Assembly (NCBI GenBank): GCA_041659265.1 | Contig: JBAZYP010000009.1 | Location: forward strand, 12,201-76,200 | Origin: Candidatus Pacearchaeota archaeon | Lineage (GTDB): Archaea > Nanobdellota > Nanobdellia > Pacearchaeales > GW2011-AR1 | DNA: 64,000 nucleotides | Direction of reading: 5' to 3' | Part shown: in pieces, positions 7,993 to 18,150 of the stretch | How positions within the stretch are numbered: position 1 is the stretch's first letter | Layout of the letters: each line of letters opens with the position of its first letter | Translations under genes and position numbers: made by a program | Notes under the pieces: generated by a model | Told to the model about the DNA's origin: nothing | The model's input: the letters and a program-made list of their open reading frames with translations, nothing else | Databases searched by the model: none

Positions 7993-8862
7993 ATGGGTAT
8001 TGCAGTTCTTGGACCTAAAGAATTATCTGAACTCGCTGGATTAGGCGAAGCTGTTGCAAGAAAGGTTATTCAAGCTGCAAGAAAGGTTATGGACCTTGGA
8101 TTTCAAGATGGATTAGAATTCGCTGAAAAAAGAGAAGAAGTATTTTTTATTACTACTGGAAGCAAGGAATTAGACAATCTTCTTGGGGGAAAGGGTGTTG
8201 AAACAAAAGCTATTACTGAAGCATTTGGGAGTTATGGAAGTGGAAAGACTCAATTAGGGTTGTCTTTAGCTGTTAATGTTCAGATGCCTTTAGAAAAAGG
8301 TGGGGCTGAAGGAAAGGCAGTTTATATTGACACTGAAGGAACTTTTAGGCCTGAAAGAATAAGACAAATTGCTGAATCAAAGGGAGCTAACCCTGAAAAT
8401 GTTTTAAAAAATATTCTTGTTGCAAGAGCATTTAATTCAGATCATCAGATTTTATTAATAGATAAAGTTGGTGAATTAATTAAAGGTGGAGAGCCTATAA
8501 GGATTGTTATTGTAGATTCTTTAACTGCTCATTTTAGGGCTGAATTTGCTGGAAGAGGGCAACTTGCAGATAGGCAGCAGAAATTAAATAAATATCTTCA
8601 CAATCTAATGAAAATTGCAGAACAATTTAATTTGGCAGTTTATGTAACAAATCAGGTCATGGCTAATCCTGCTATGATGTTTGGAGATCCTACGACAGCA
8701 ATAGGTGGAAATATTGTAGGTCATGCATCGACTTTTAGAATGTATATAAGAAAGGGAAAGAAAACTTCAAGAGTAGCTAAATTAATAGATAGTCCTAATC
8801 TTCCTGATAATGAGTGTATATTTTTTGTTGGTGCAAAGGGTGTTTGTGACGACGAAGAATAA
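7993..8862 (+). CDS. radA: DNA repair and recombination protein RadA
   Basis: GSYGSGKTQ (Walker A), IVIVDSL (Walker B), IDTEGTFRPERI and VYVTNQV. The conserved HhH segment (LSDLPGIGPAAQEKLEAAGIFDV) continues upstream to 7843 in frame, but with no in-frame start codon (see finding). Confidence 0.95.
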   Translation: MGIAVLGPKELSELAGLGEAVARKVIQAARKVMDLGFQDGLEFAEKREEVFFITTGSKELDNLLGGKGVETKAITEAFGSYGSGKTQLGLSLAVNVQMPLEKGGAEGKAVYIDTEGTFRPERIRQIAESKGANPENVLKNILVARAFNSDHQILLIDKVGELIKGGEPIRIVIVDSLTAHFRAEFAGRGQLADRQQKLNKYLHNLMKIAEQFNLAVYVTNQVMANPAMMFGDPTTAIGGNIVGHASTFRMYIRKGKKTSRVAKLIDSPNLPDNECIFFVGAKGVCDDEE

Positions 8863-8939
8863 AATTTAAAGGAATTCTAGTCTTTTTCAAATAGAATAAT
8901 GTTTATATATCATATTTAATATATAATATATATAAAAAA

Positions 8940-11312
8940 GTGAAAAAGGGGATGAAAAAGAAAAATCTTTTGTCTTTAGTAGTATTTCTAGTTTTAAACA
9001 TATTAGTTATTACTTCTGTATCTGCAGTAGTTAATCCGCCAATTGTTGAATCTGTTTCTCCAAATGATGGAATGATTACAAAAAATCCTTTATTTATTTG
9101 CAATGTTACTAGTAATTCTGCTGCATTATCTTTAATTTCAATTAGTATCTGGGATAGTGAAGGACAATTAGTAAATCATTCAATTGTAAACTTTCTAACT
9201 CCAGTATTATCTAATGTTTCAACATGGGCATATAGTTTTAGCAGATCTGGAAATTATACTTGGAATTGTTATTCTGAAGATAGTTTAGGGAATGGAGCTT
9301 GGAGTATTCAAGGAAATAAGACTTTGATATATGACATAACTAATCCATCATTAAAAATTAATTCTCCTTTTAATAACCAGAAATTTGCAACTAAATCCCT
9401 TTCACTTGAATTTTCATCAACAGATTCTACAAAATTTAATCACTCGATTGCGGGTGTTTATAATTCCTTAAATAATATTGAAAATTCGAACATAAGTTAT
9501 TTATCTGGGGATCAAACAATTCCCTTTGATATAAATCAAGATGGAAATTATTCTTTAAGGGTTAATAGTTATGACTTCATTGGAAACTCTAATAGCAGTT
9601 TTGTTAATATTATTGTTGATACAACGAAACCGGAGATAACAAAAAAATCTCCTATCAATGGGAGCACTTATTATACAAATCAATCGATTATAATTTATTT
9701 TGATGCTATTGATTTAACTTCTGTAAAAAAGTGGTGGAGTGATGGCAGTTCTAATTATAGTTTAGATATAGCGAATAATATCAGTTATACTTCGGCTGGA
9801 AATTATAATATAATCATTTATGCAAATGATAGTCTTGGAAATCTAGCAAGTGAAACCGTTTCCTTTTTTGTTATTGACATGCCTCAAAATAAATATCTTG
9901 AAAAAGAAAGTTCAAGTTATGTTGTTTCTGGGAATATTGAAGAAATAGTTTATTCTTACCAAAGCCAATTGCAAAATGTTAATGTTCCTTCAACATTATC
10001 TAGCAAGAATATTCTTATTGATTTTTCACAAATTTTAAATAATGGTGAACTAACTCTTTCGCAGAATTCATTGACACTAACTAGGGAAGATAGTTCGTTA
10101 AATCATGTTTTGATTTTTAATTCTGGAACAAGAATAATTTCTAATATATTGAATTGGGATGGCAAATTAAATTTGCCTTTTATTAGTTCTGAATCGGTTA
10201 GTGTACCTAATTCTGGAAGTTTAGAAATTTTACTTAATATGGGTGCAAGTTCTGAATTAAATTTATCTATTCCTGCAAAAATAATTCTTGCTGGAAAGGC
10301 TGGAAAAAAAGCAGCATGGAAAAAAGGGAGCAGTTCATCTTTAACTGAGATTAGTGTTTTATGTGATAGTATTACTCTTCCTACAAATATTAATTCAAAT
10401 TACCCTAGAGAATGTTATACTAATATTGGAACTGATTTAGTCATATTTACTTATCATCTTTCAGATTTTGCTGCATTCAATCCTACTTCTGTTCCAGTTA
10501 ATCCTAGTTCAGATGAAGAGGAAGTAAGTTCAACATCTTCTCCAGCAGGATCTGCTGGGGGCAACATGGGTTTTGTTTTACATTATCCTAATTATACTGA
10601 AATAAGGGAAGGATTTTCAAGAAGTTTAAAAGCAGGTGATCGTTTTAGGGTAAATATTAGTGGAGAAAATCATTTTGTTATTGTAGATAAGGTTGATACT
10701 AATTTTGTTGTAGTTAATATGTCTCCGAAATTTCAACAAACAGTAATAACCCTTAATGAATTTAAAAAATTTGATATTAATTTGGATGAAACTTTGGATT
10801 TTTCATTAAAGTTGAATTCTGTAATTTCTAATCGGGCTGGTTTAACAATAAAACATTTAGACGAGAAAGTTAATATTCCAACAAAAGAAAAAGAAGATAG
10901 TAGTCAAAAGAATAGTGCTGGAGAATATGCAACAAATGTTCCTACTGCTAGAGTAATAGATTCATCTTCATTATCAAAAAGCACAGGAGCATATGGATTA
11001 AATAGTGAAATAACTAAGAAGAAAACTGGATTATCCTTCTTTTTGTGGGCATTTATTACAAGCATGCTTTTAGTTGCAGGTTTTGCAACAACTAGTCATT
11101 ATGTACAGGTTAGAAAAAAGAAGATTGCTAGTGGTGAATCAAAAAAGTTTTCTTTTTCTTGGTCTAATTTATTTAAACGAGATAAATCTATAACTCCAAT
11201 TAATAATCTTCCTAGAAAAAATTATTTTTCTTTTTATTTTCCTTTTTTTAAACATAAAGAAAAACAAGAATCTTTGAATAATTGGGAACTTGCAAATGTT
11301 GTAAAAAGTTAA
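8940..11312 (+). CDS. large secreted surface protein with Ig-like repeats and C-terminal TM anchor
   Basis: Signal peptide (..LVLNILVITSVSA), repeats opening with D(I/T)T(N/K)P, many N-x-S/T sequons, and TM GLSFFLWAFITSMLLVAGFA plus a basic tail. ATG 8952 is an alternative start. Confidence 0.65.
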   Translation: MKKGMKKKNLLSLVVFLVLNILVITSVSAVVNPPIVESVSPNDGMITKNPLFICNVTSNSAALSLISISIWDSEGQLVNHSIVNFLTPVLSNVSTWAYSFSRSGNYTWNCYSEDSLGNGAWSIQGNKTLIYDITNPSLKINSPFNNQKFATKSLSLEFSSTDSTKFNHSIAGVYNSLNNIENSNISYLSGDQTIPFDINQDGNYSLRVNSYDFIGNSNSSFVNIIVDTTKPEITKKSPINGSTYYTNQSIIIYFDAIDLTSVKKWWSDGSSNYSLDIANNISYTSAGNYNIIIYANDSLGNLASETVSFFVIDMPQNKYLEKESSSYVVSGNIEEIVYSYQSQLQNVNVPSTLSSKNILIDFSQILNNGELTLSQNSLTLTREDSSLNHVLIFNSGTRIISNILNWDGKLNLPFISSESVSVPNSGSLEILLNMGASSELNLSIPAKIILAGKAGKKAAWKKGSSSSLTEISVLCDSITLPTNINSNYPRECYTNIGTDLVIFTYHLSDFAAFNPTSVPVNPSSDEEEVSSTSSPAGSAGGNMGFVLHYPNYTEIREGFSRSLKAGDRFRVNISGENHFVIVDKVDTNFVVVNMSPKFQQTVITLNEFKKFDINLDETLDFSLKLNSVISNRAGLTIKHLDEKVNIPTKEKEDSSQKNSAGEYATNVPTARVIDSSSLSKSTGAYGLNSEITKKKTGLSFFLWAFITSMLLVAGFATTSHYVQVRKKKIASGESKKFSFSWSNLFKRDKSITPINNLPRKNYFSFYFPFFKHKEKQESLNNWELANVVKS

Positions 11313-11496
11313 TATTTTTATTAATTTTATAATTCTAAAGAACAAATAGATTCATGTTAATCATTAATCAATTATAATAAATTCTATTGGGTCTTTATTT
11401 AAGAATATCAATAATCTTTCTAATAATAATCTATATATAGGGTTACTTATTAAAAAAATAAGGTAAAAAAAGAGTTATCAACTTAAGATATATAAG

Positions 11497-12717
11497 ATGA
11501 AAAATCCTGATTGGTTATTAGCTGATTTGCATATTCATTCAAAATATTCTAGAGCTTGCAGCAAGGATTTAGATATCCCTAATCTTGTTAAATGGGCGAA
11601 AGTTAAAGGGATTGATATTTTAGGCACAGGCGATTTTACGCATCCTAAATGGCTTGAAGAAATAAAAAAATTAAAGGAAGAAGAAGGAATTTATTATTAT
11701 AATTTAGATGAGGAAAATCGTTTTCCTTTTATTTTAAGTTCTGAAATTTCCCTTGTATATTCAAAAAATGGAAGGGGTAGAAGAATTCATTTATTATATT
11801 TTGCTCCTAACATAGAAGCTGTAAACAAAATTAATTCTTGGTTAGATAGCAAGGGGAGGAGAGATTATGATGGTAGACCTATCTTTAAGATAAGTTGCAG
11901 AGATTTTGTAGATGAGATGAATAAAATAGATGATAGAATAGAAGTAATTCCGGCTCATATTTGGACTCCTTGGTTTGGTGTTTTTGGTAGTAAAGGAGGT
12001 TTTGATAGTTTACTTGATGCATTTGAGGATAAACTTTCCCTTATACATGCAATTGAAACTGGAATTTCATCTGATCCTGAGATGAATTGGAAAATAAAAG
12101 ATTTAGATAATATCTCTATATTAAGTTTTTCAGATGCACATAGTTTTTGGCCCTGGAGACTTGGAAGAGAGGCAACTATTTTTAAAAAACCGATTGGCAA
12201 GTTAAGTTATCTTGAGATAATTAAACAAATTAGAGATAAAACTTTTATAGGCACTATAGAAACTGATCCTTCTTATGGAAAATATCATCTTGATGGTCAT
12301 ATTAAATGTGATTTTTCTTCAATTCCGGAAGTAACTAAGAAATTAAATGGAATTTGCCCTAAATGCAAAAAACCATTAACAATAGGAGTAGATTATAGAG
12401 TTAATGAACTTTCAAAACAAGGAAAATCAAAACTTAAAAATAAAAAAATTTATTATAAAATTTTACCTTTGCATGAAATTATCTCATTAGCATTAGGTAC
12501 TGGAATAAATAGCAAAGCTTGTTGGAAGATATATAATGATTTAATAATTAATTTTAATAATGAAATTGATATTTTATTGAATATTGAAAAAGATAAATTA
12601 AAAGAATTTTTAAAAAATGATTTTTTAGTTGAATTAATTTTAAGAAACCGGGAAGGAAAGATAAAAGTTAAACCTGGATATGATGGAATATATGGTGAAG
12701 CGTTAATTTCTATTTAA
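11497..12717 (+). CDS. PHP-domain nuclease, endonuclease Q-like
   Basis: LADLHIHSKYSRACS, GTGDFTHP and IPAHIWTPWF (PHP motifs), then the zinc ribbon CPKCKKPLTIGVDYRV. The domain order is as I recall for archaeal EndoQ. Confidence 0.65.
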   Translation: MKNPDWLLADLHIHSKYSRACSKDLDIPNLVKWAKVKGIDILGTGDFTHPKWLEEIKKLKEEEGIYYYNLDEENRFPFILSSEISLVYSKNGRGRRIHLLYFAPNIEAVNKINSWLDSKGRRDYDGRPIFKISCRDFVDEMNKIDDRIEVIPAHIWTPWFGVFGSKGGFDSLLDAFEDKLSLIHAIETGISSDPEMNWKIKDLDNISILSFSDAHSFWPWRLGREATIFKKPIGKLSYLEIIKQIRDKTFIGTIETDPSYGKYHLDGHIKCDFSSIPEVTKKLNGICPKCKKPLTIGVDYRVNELSKQGKSKLKNKKIYYKILPLHEIISLALGTGINSKACWKIYNDLIINFNNEIDILLNIEKDKLKEFLKNDFLVELILRNREGKIKVKPGYDGIYGEALISI

Positions 12718-12737
12718 GAAAAATAAAAGATTTTATT

Positions 12738-13466
12738 TTAGGCTTTTTCAATTAAAAAATCACAATGTTCTTTTTTAGCTAATTTTTCGACCTTTTCCAT
12801 TGTCTGATTCATTTCATTATTTAATCTTTTAAAGTCTTTTCCTTCTATTCGTATGGAATATTTTCCTGCAGCTAGATAAGTGATGCTGCATAAGGAACCA
12901 TTGCAAGACTCCTGCAGGATATTTTTTACAGTAGTCATTCCAGATGATGATTTGTTTGATAATTTAAAAATTTGCCTTATTTCTTTTGGTTTTTCTTTTT
13001 TAGTTTCAAATATTTTTAATATTTTTTCTGATTGTTCTTGATTGAAATAAACATCTAATTTCTTTGGATTTTCAATAGATTCTTCAAAAAAATCCAGAAG
13101 TGCTTCATTTTCTGATATTTTTTCTATTATTTTTTCTGATTCTTCTTTTCCTAGAATTGTTCTTAAAATAGCTTTGTAACTTTTTTCTTTTTCTACTTTT
13201 TCAAGAAGTTCTTTTCTTTCATTTGGTTTAACTCTTCTTAATGAAAGTTGAATTTTATTATCTTTGATACTAAGAATTTTACATACTATTTTTTTATTTG
13301 GAATAACATATTCTCTTAAATTTCTTATTCTACCTGGAGCTATTTCTGAAGTTGTTATTGTTCCATCATCATTATAGTCATCAAGTCTAACAAATACGGT
13401 TGTACCTAGAATCTTATCTACTGTACAAAGTACTAATTGGCCTTCTTCAAGTTGTTCATTTACCAT
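12738..13466 (-). CDS. translation initiation factor aIF-2 alpha subunit
   Basis: N-terminal S1/OB domain (EGQLVLCTVDKILGTTVFVRLDDY..), ~240 aa. It lies directly downstream of rps27e, as in the conserved archaeal S27e-aIF2alpha arrangement. Confidence 0.7.
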   Translation of the reverse strand: MVNEQLEEGQLVLCTVDKILGTTVFVRLDDYNDDGTITTSEIAPGRIRNLREYVIPNKKIVCKILSIKDNKIQLSLRRVKPNERKELLEKVEKEKSYKAILRTILGKEESEKIIEKISENEALLDFFEESIENPKKLDVYFNQEQSEKILKIFETKKEKPKEIRQIFKLSNKSSSGMTTVKNILQESCNGSLCSITYLAAGKYSIRIEGKDFKRLNNEMNQTMEKVEKLAKKEHCDFLIEKA

Positions 13467-13506
13467 AAAGAGAATAGAGAATATAAGCGGTTATAAAGTT
13501 TTTGTA

Positions 13507-13677
13507 TTAATTCAGAACTTCAACTACACGAGCTTTAATTTCTGCTTTTCCGCCTTTTGGTTCTGCAATTATAGCATCACAAATAAGGCATTTAACCTTT
13601 GTTGTTGCTCCTTCGAATATTATTTGTTCGTTCTTACAGGATTGGCATCTTACTTTGATAAATTTATATCTTCCCAT
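13507..13677 (-). CDS. rps27e: ribosomal protein eS27 (S27e), absent from ORF track
   Basis: 56 aa, MGRYKFIKVRCQSCKNEQIIFEGATTKVKCLICDAIIAEPKGGKAEIKARVVEVLN*, with a CxxC..CxxC zinc ribbon typical of S27e. Confidence 0.85.
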   Translation of the reverse strand: MGRYKFIKVRCQSCKNEQIIFEGATTKVKCLICDAIIAEPKGGKAEIKARVVEVLN

Positions 13678-13791
13678 GAGAAGTTATGTTTTAGAGGGTT
13701 TAAAAAGATTTTGTTTAGGTATTTTTAGGATAATTACAAAAAATTCCTAAAAATAGTCTATTTTATAAAACTTAGATTCATTAAATAGTCT

Positions 13792-14655
13792 ATGAAAAAA
13801 GATGTGAATGTAAGAGCTCAAATGAGTTTATTTATTATTATTGGAATAATTCTTTTTATTTTAATCGGTTTAATTTATGGATATTATGGATATAAATTAA
13901 AAAAAGATGCTGAATTAAATAAGGAATATTTTAATAATGAAGAGATAAAATTAGAGGTAGAAAATATTTATTCAAATATTCTTTTATGCATAGATATTTC
14001 TGGAAGAGAAAGTTTAAGGATGTTGGGTTTACAAGGAGGATATATTAAAAAACCCATTAGAGCAATCGAATATGATGGCTTTTTTATTCCTTATCATTAT
14101 TATGAAGGAGAATCTTATCCTCTTGGAATTGAGGAAGTTAAACCTGAATTAGAGCTATTTATGAATCAAGAAGTGGAACGTTGTTTTAATACGTTAAATT
14201 TTTCTAATTATGAACTTAAACATGATTTACCAAAAACCCAAGTAGCAATAAATAATGATGAAATTGTTTTTAATGTTGATAGTAAATTTACAATAAAACG
14301 TGATGGAAGATTTATATCATTTAATACAAATGAATATCCTATTCAACAAAAATCTGCATTAAAAGGTATATTAGAAATAGATCAATATATATTAGATTCT
14401 CATAAATTAGATCCTAAAAAATATTGCATTAGCTGTATTGATAAGATGGCTAAAGAAAAGGATATTTATGTAAAATATTCTGTATTTTCAAATAATACAG
14501 TTTTATTTATTATTGGGGAAAATAGGACTGGAACAGAACCTTATTTATTCAATTTTTTTAATAAATATACTGGAAAGGAAACAAGTGATGATTTTAAATT
14601 AACCGGAGATAGTGCTGAAAAAATTCCGGTTTATCAGGGGGGAATAAAATCATGA
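13792..14655 (+). CDS. anchored/secreted hypothetical protein with class III-like signal
   Basis: MKKDVNVRAQMSLFIIIGIILFILIGLIYGYY has a basic n-region, an RA|QM junction and a long hydrophobic helix. The stop overlaps the next start (ATGA). Confidence 0.5.
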   Translation: MKKDVNVRAQMSLFIIIGIILFILIGLIYGYYGYKLKKDAELNKEYFNNEEIKLEVENIYSNILLCIDISGRESLRMLGLQGGYIKKPIRAIEYDGFFIPYHYYEGESYPLGIEEVKPELELFMNQEVERCFNTLNFSNYELKHDLPKTQVAINNDEIVFNVDSKFTIKRDGRFISFNTNEYPIQQKSALKGILEIDQYILDSHKLDPKKYCISCIDKMAKEKDIYVKYSVFSNNTVLFIIGENRTGTEPYLFNFFNKYTGKETSDDFKLTGDSAEKIPVYQGGIKS

Positions 14656-16409
14656 AACTCTCTAGAAATAAAAATTTAATTATTTGTAATTTATTTATTT
14701 TATTTTTAATATTAATATTTCAAATCTCTGCTGCAGATATAACTCCTGAAATAAAAACCGATTTAGAAAATTTTAGAAGTCAACTTGAAATTGGAAATTT
14801 TAAAGATTTATTTACTAAACTAGATAAGACTGATCCTCAGCATCTTTCTGTAATTTTTAGTGGTATGGATAATAAGAATTTAGTACATGTTTGGAATAAT
14901 ATGGAAGTAAAACAATCAAATGGGAATTTGGATATTGAAAAAACTAATAAGTATAGACAAATGCTTTTAGATGGTTTAAAGGATAAAAAAGAAGATATTA
15001 ATTTATTTATTTCAGAACTTATTAAAAAAAATTCTAATATTATAGATTTTGAATTTAGTGGAGTTGAAAATTCTGCAGGAGTTAATATTAATGGAGATTT
15101 TATTGATTTTAAAGATTCAAATGGAAATATTCATAAACTGTCTTTAAAGGATCTGACTGGATTTAAAAAAATTTATTTTTCTGACATGAAAGAGGGTGGA
15201 AATGGATATGCAATGCATTATGTTTATTCAATGGGAAGAAAAAGCGGGGCAGTTTTATCAAGAGGTTATCTTAAGGGAAATGAAAAAAATGGATTTGATA
15301 TATTAGAAAATGAAGGATCAATAATAAAAAATGTTGGTCATATTAGTTTTGGAGATAACCCTCAAGAGGCAATTTATTTTCGTGGAATTCCTAAGGAAGT
15401 GGATGGAGAAAAATTTAGTTTAGGAGATTATATATTTAATAAACCTGGAAGAGATGGAGATATTAATTTTAAAGACTCATTAGGAAATCTTGAATCTAGT
15501 AAACGGGATTTGTTAAATGGACAAGGAGATAGAGTTGGTTTTCAGAATGAAGAAGGATTGAGGGGAGTAAAAAAAATAGATACAAATGGAGATAATATTC
15601 CTGATAAAATAATTGATATAACTCATCAAAATGGGGTTGGAGTAAAATATGGGGATAAAGTAATTGGAGCTAATTCTAAAAATGTTCTTGAGATTAAAGA
15701 TAGGGGAGAAGATATTGAAGCTGGTTTTTCAAAAAATATAATTAATGCAGAAATAACTAATCAAAATGGCAAGGTTTTTTATAAGGATGAATCTGGAAAT
15801 GAAGTAAATGCTGGAAAAGGGTATTCTTTAAAAATTGTTAATGGAAAAACAAATACTGGAGTTTTTGTTGATAGACAAGATAGTGGTGCTGGAACAGAGG
15901 GAGGCAGAGTTGATGGCTCAGGAGAAACTACAATTACACATACACAAGAGCTGGTTAATCAAGAAATTCAAGATGAAAAAGATAGATTAACATCTGAAAA
16001 TAATAATCAAAATAATCAAAATATTGATCCGTCTGCTTTAGCTGTTCATAATTATCTTAATAAGTATAGGGGCAAAGAACTAGTTTGGGATGAAAAAATT
16101 GCTGAAGTAGCAAGAAAATATAGTGTGCATTTGTCTACAGGGGTTCCTTTTAATCATGATCAGGCAGGAGGATTTAACTCAAGACTTTCTCAAATTGGTG
16201 GAAATGGGGGAGAAAATATTGCATATTTTTCAACTTCTGAAGAATTAAACCCTGAAGAAATTGGAAGAAGACTTAGTGTACAGTGGATAAATAGTAGAGG
16301 GCATAGGAATAATATATTAGGCAATTGGAAAAGAACAGGAGTTGGAATATATTCTTTTCAAAGAGGCGGGATGTATTATCATTATGGAACTCAAATCTTT
16401 GCAAATTAA
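14652..16409 (+). CDS. secreted protein with C-terminal CAP/SCP/PR-1-like domain
   Basis: Signal peptide ..ILIFQISAAD. The C-terminus ..HNYLNKYRGKELVWDEKIAEVARKYS..NHDQ..GENIAY..VQWINSRGHRNNILGNWKRTGVGIY.. follows the CAP (YkwD-like) pattern. Confidence 0.75.
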   Translation: MKLSRNKNLIICNLFILFLILIFQISAADITPEIKTDLENFRSQLEIGNFKDLFTKLDKTDPQHLSVIFSGMDNKNLVHVWNNMEVKQSNGNLDIEKTNKYRQMLLDGLKDKKEDINLFISELIKKNSNIIDFEFSGVENSAGVNINGDFIDFKDSNGNIHKLSLKDLTGFKKIYFSDMKEGGNGYAMHYVYSMGRKSGAVLSRGYLKGNEKNGFDILENEGSIIKNVGHISFGDNPQEAIYFRGIPKEVDGEKFSLGDYIFNKPGRDGDINFKDSLGNLESSKRDLLNGQGDRVGFQNEEGLRGVKKIDTNGDNIPDKIIDITHQNGVGVKYGDKVIGANSKNVLEIKDRGEDIEAGFSKNIINAEITNQNGKVFYKDESGNEVNAGKGYSLKIVNGKTNTGVFVDRQDSGAGTEGGRVDGSGETTITHTQELVNQEIQDEKDRLTSENNNQNNQNIDPSALAVHNYLNKYRGKELVWDEKIAEVARKYSVHLSTGVPFNHDQAGGFNSRLSQIGGNGGENIAYFSTSEELNPEEIGRRLSVQWINSRGHRNNILGNWKRTGVGIYSFQRGGMYYHYGTQIFAN

Positions 16410-16423
16410 AAAGAATAAAAAAA

Positions 16424-17752
16424 TCAAACTTTAATTAGTTCGTATTCTAATTTTTTCTTAACTAACTCAATAAATTTTTCTTCTTGATCTTTTTTAATCG
16501 TGCAACCTGCTGATTGTTTATGGCCTCCAAATTCTGCACCAAGGTCTTCTGCAATTGATTCTAAAAAATCTTTAAGATTTCTTCTTGATTTGTTATCTCT
16601 ACCTGCAATTCTAGTTGAAACTTTTATTTTATCTTCATTATATGCCATTGCAATAATTATTGTACCTTCTTTATAGATAGGTGAAAATGAAAGAATGCTT
16701 GCTATTGTTCCTATTATTGTATCTTTAATATTATCTTTTGCATTAATAATAATATATTCTCTTCCTTGAATTTTTTCATTATTTTCTATATATTTAAGAC
16801 CTGAAATAATATGTTGACGATATTTGAAATATATTCTTTCAGCTTTTTTTCTATATTCTGAATTTCCTAAACATAACATTAATGCAATTTCAGGCTTTCC
16901 CATTCTAGAACATGCATTTATTATTGCTGAAAGTTCTCTAGCATCTTCTAATTTATTATAGAATTTTACCAGATATAAGTTTCCAATAAATCTTGAACTT
17001 TCTTTAGCAGATAGTCTTAAAGCTACTGCTGTAACAAGTCTTTTCATTTCTTCTTCTTCTAATTCAATTAATGATCTAAATCCTTTTTCTCCTTTTTCAA
17101 TACCTGCTTCTTTAAGCAGTTCATAGGTTCCTTTTGCATCTCCTGTAACTCCTGGTATAAATGGTCTTGAACAGAATTCTAATGCCTTATCTAGGGGTCT
17201 AGTTGAAGGATAGATTAGTAAACCCTTTCTTATTTTAACTTCAGACTCTTTGATTAATTTACTTCTTGTTTTTGAAATTTCTTTTTCTAAATTATCTCCT
17301 ATCATTCCAATTATTGATAATTGAGACAAATCTTTATTGTCTTGTGAAAATTCTCTAGAAATTAGAAAAGATAATTCAGAAATGCATAATTCTTCAAATT
17401 CCTTAAAAAGATGAGGATTTAAAATATGCAGATTTTTGGATTCAAAAGGAATTAATTCATGATTATCTATAATAAATATTTCTTGGTTTAATGATGAAAT
17501 GTCTTCTAGATTGTTTGAACCCATTCCTAAAAGGATAATTAATTGCTCTTTTGGAAATGAATCTATTTCTTGCTTATTAAGTTGTTTTAAAATTTTAATT
17601 GAAAATTTTTTATTTAATCTTTCAAGGGTTTTAGAAAAAATTGCAGCAGAAATTATTCCATCTGTATCAAAATTACTTATTATGCAGATGTTTTTTTTAT
17701 TTGAAGCTTCTATAAATTCTTTAGAAAATCCTTTTATAGCTTCTTCTATCAT
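16424..17752 (-). CDS. DHH/DHHA1 phosphoesterase, RecJ/GAN-like
   Basis: ISNFDTDGIISAAIF (motif I), IIDNHE at the DHH position, and GGHKQSAGCTI (DHHA1). It is adjacent to rps15, a common archaeal RecJ-homologue neighbourhood. Confidence 0.75.
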   Translation of the reverse strand: MIEEAIKGFSKEFIEASNKKNICIISNFDTDGIISAAIFSKTLERLNKKFSIKILKQLNKQEIDSFPKEQLIILLGMGSNNLEDISSLNQEIFIIDNHELIPFESKNLHILNPHLFKEFEELCISELSFLISREFSQDNKDLSQLSIIGMIGDNLEKEISKTRSKLIKESEVKIRKGLLIYPSTRPLDKALEFCSRPFIPGVTGDAKGTYELLKEAGIEKGEKGFRSLIELEEEEMKRLVTAVALRLSAKESSRFIGNLYLVKFYNKLEDARELSAIINACSRMGKPEIALMLCLGNSEYRKKAERIYFKYRQHIISGLKYIENNEKIQGREYIIINAKDNIKDTIIGTIASILSFSPIYKEGTIIIAMAYNEDKIKVSTRIAGRDNKSRRNLKDFLESIAEDLGAEFGGHKQSAGCTIKKDQEEKFIELVKKKLEYELIKV

Positions 17753-17781
17753 TTTACCTCTTTTTATAACTAAAAGTAACT

Positions 17782-18150
17782 TTATTTATTAGAATTTTTT
17801 CTTGAATCGTAGTATTCTCTTTTTTTAAGTTGCGCTTTAGTGATTATTAAAGAACGTTCAGCTTTTTTGTCACCTTTATTTCTACTATAGTGTTTTATTA
17901 TTTTATCTAAATGTGTCTTAAGATTCTTAGTTGTTGGTTCTTCAAATTTACCTTTTTCTTCTAAGATCTTTTTTATTTTAATATTATATAGTTTTACTTT
18001 TGGAATACCGTATTGATCCCTTAATACCAAGCCTATTTTTTCAGAAGTTAAACCTTTATTGGCTAGTTTTACTATAATTGCTTCTACTTCTTCTTTAGTA
18101 TATTTTAACCATACTGGTTTTTCAGTTGTTATTTTTTTTGCTTTAGGCAT
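17782..18150 (-). CDS. rps15: ribosomal protein uS15 (S15P/S13e)
   Basis: ..KPVWLKYTKEEVEAIIVKLANKGLTSEKIGLVLRDQYGIPKVK.. matches the archaeal S15 pattern. Confidence 0.9.
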   Translation of the reverse strand: MPKAKKITTEKPVWLKYTKEEVEAIIVKLANKGLTSEKIGLVLRDQYGIPKVKLYNIKIKKILEEKGKFEEPTTKNLKTHLDKIIKHYSRNKGDKKAERSLIITKAQLKKREYYDSRKNSNK

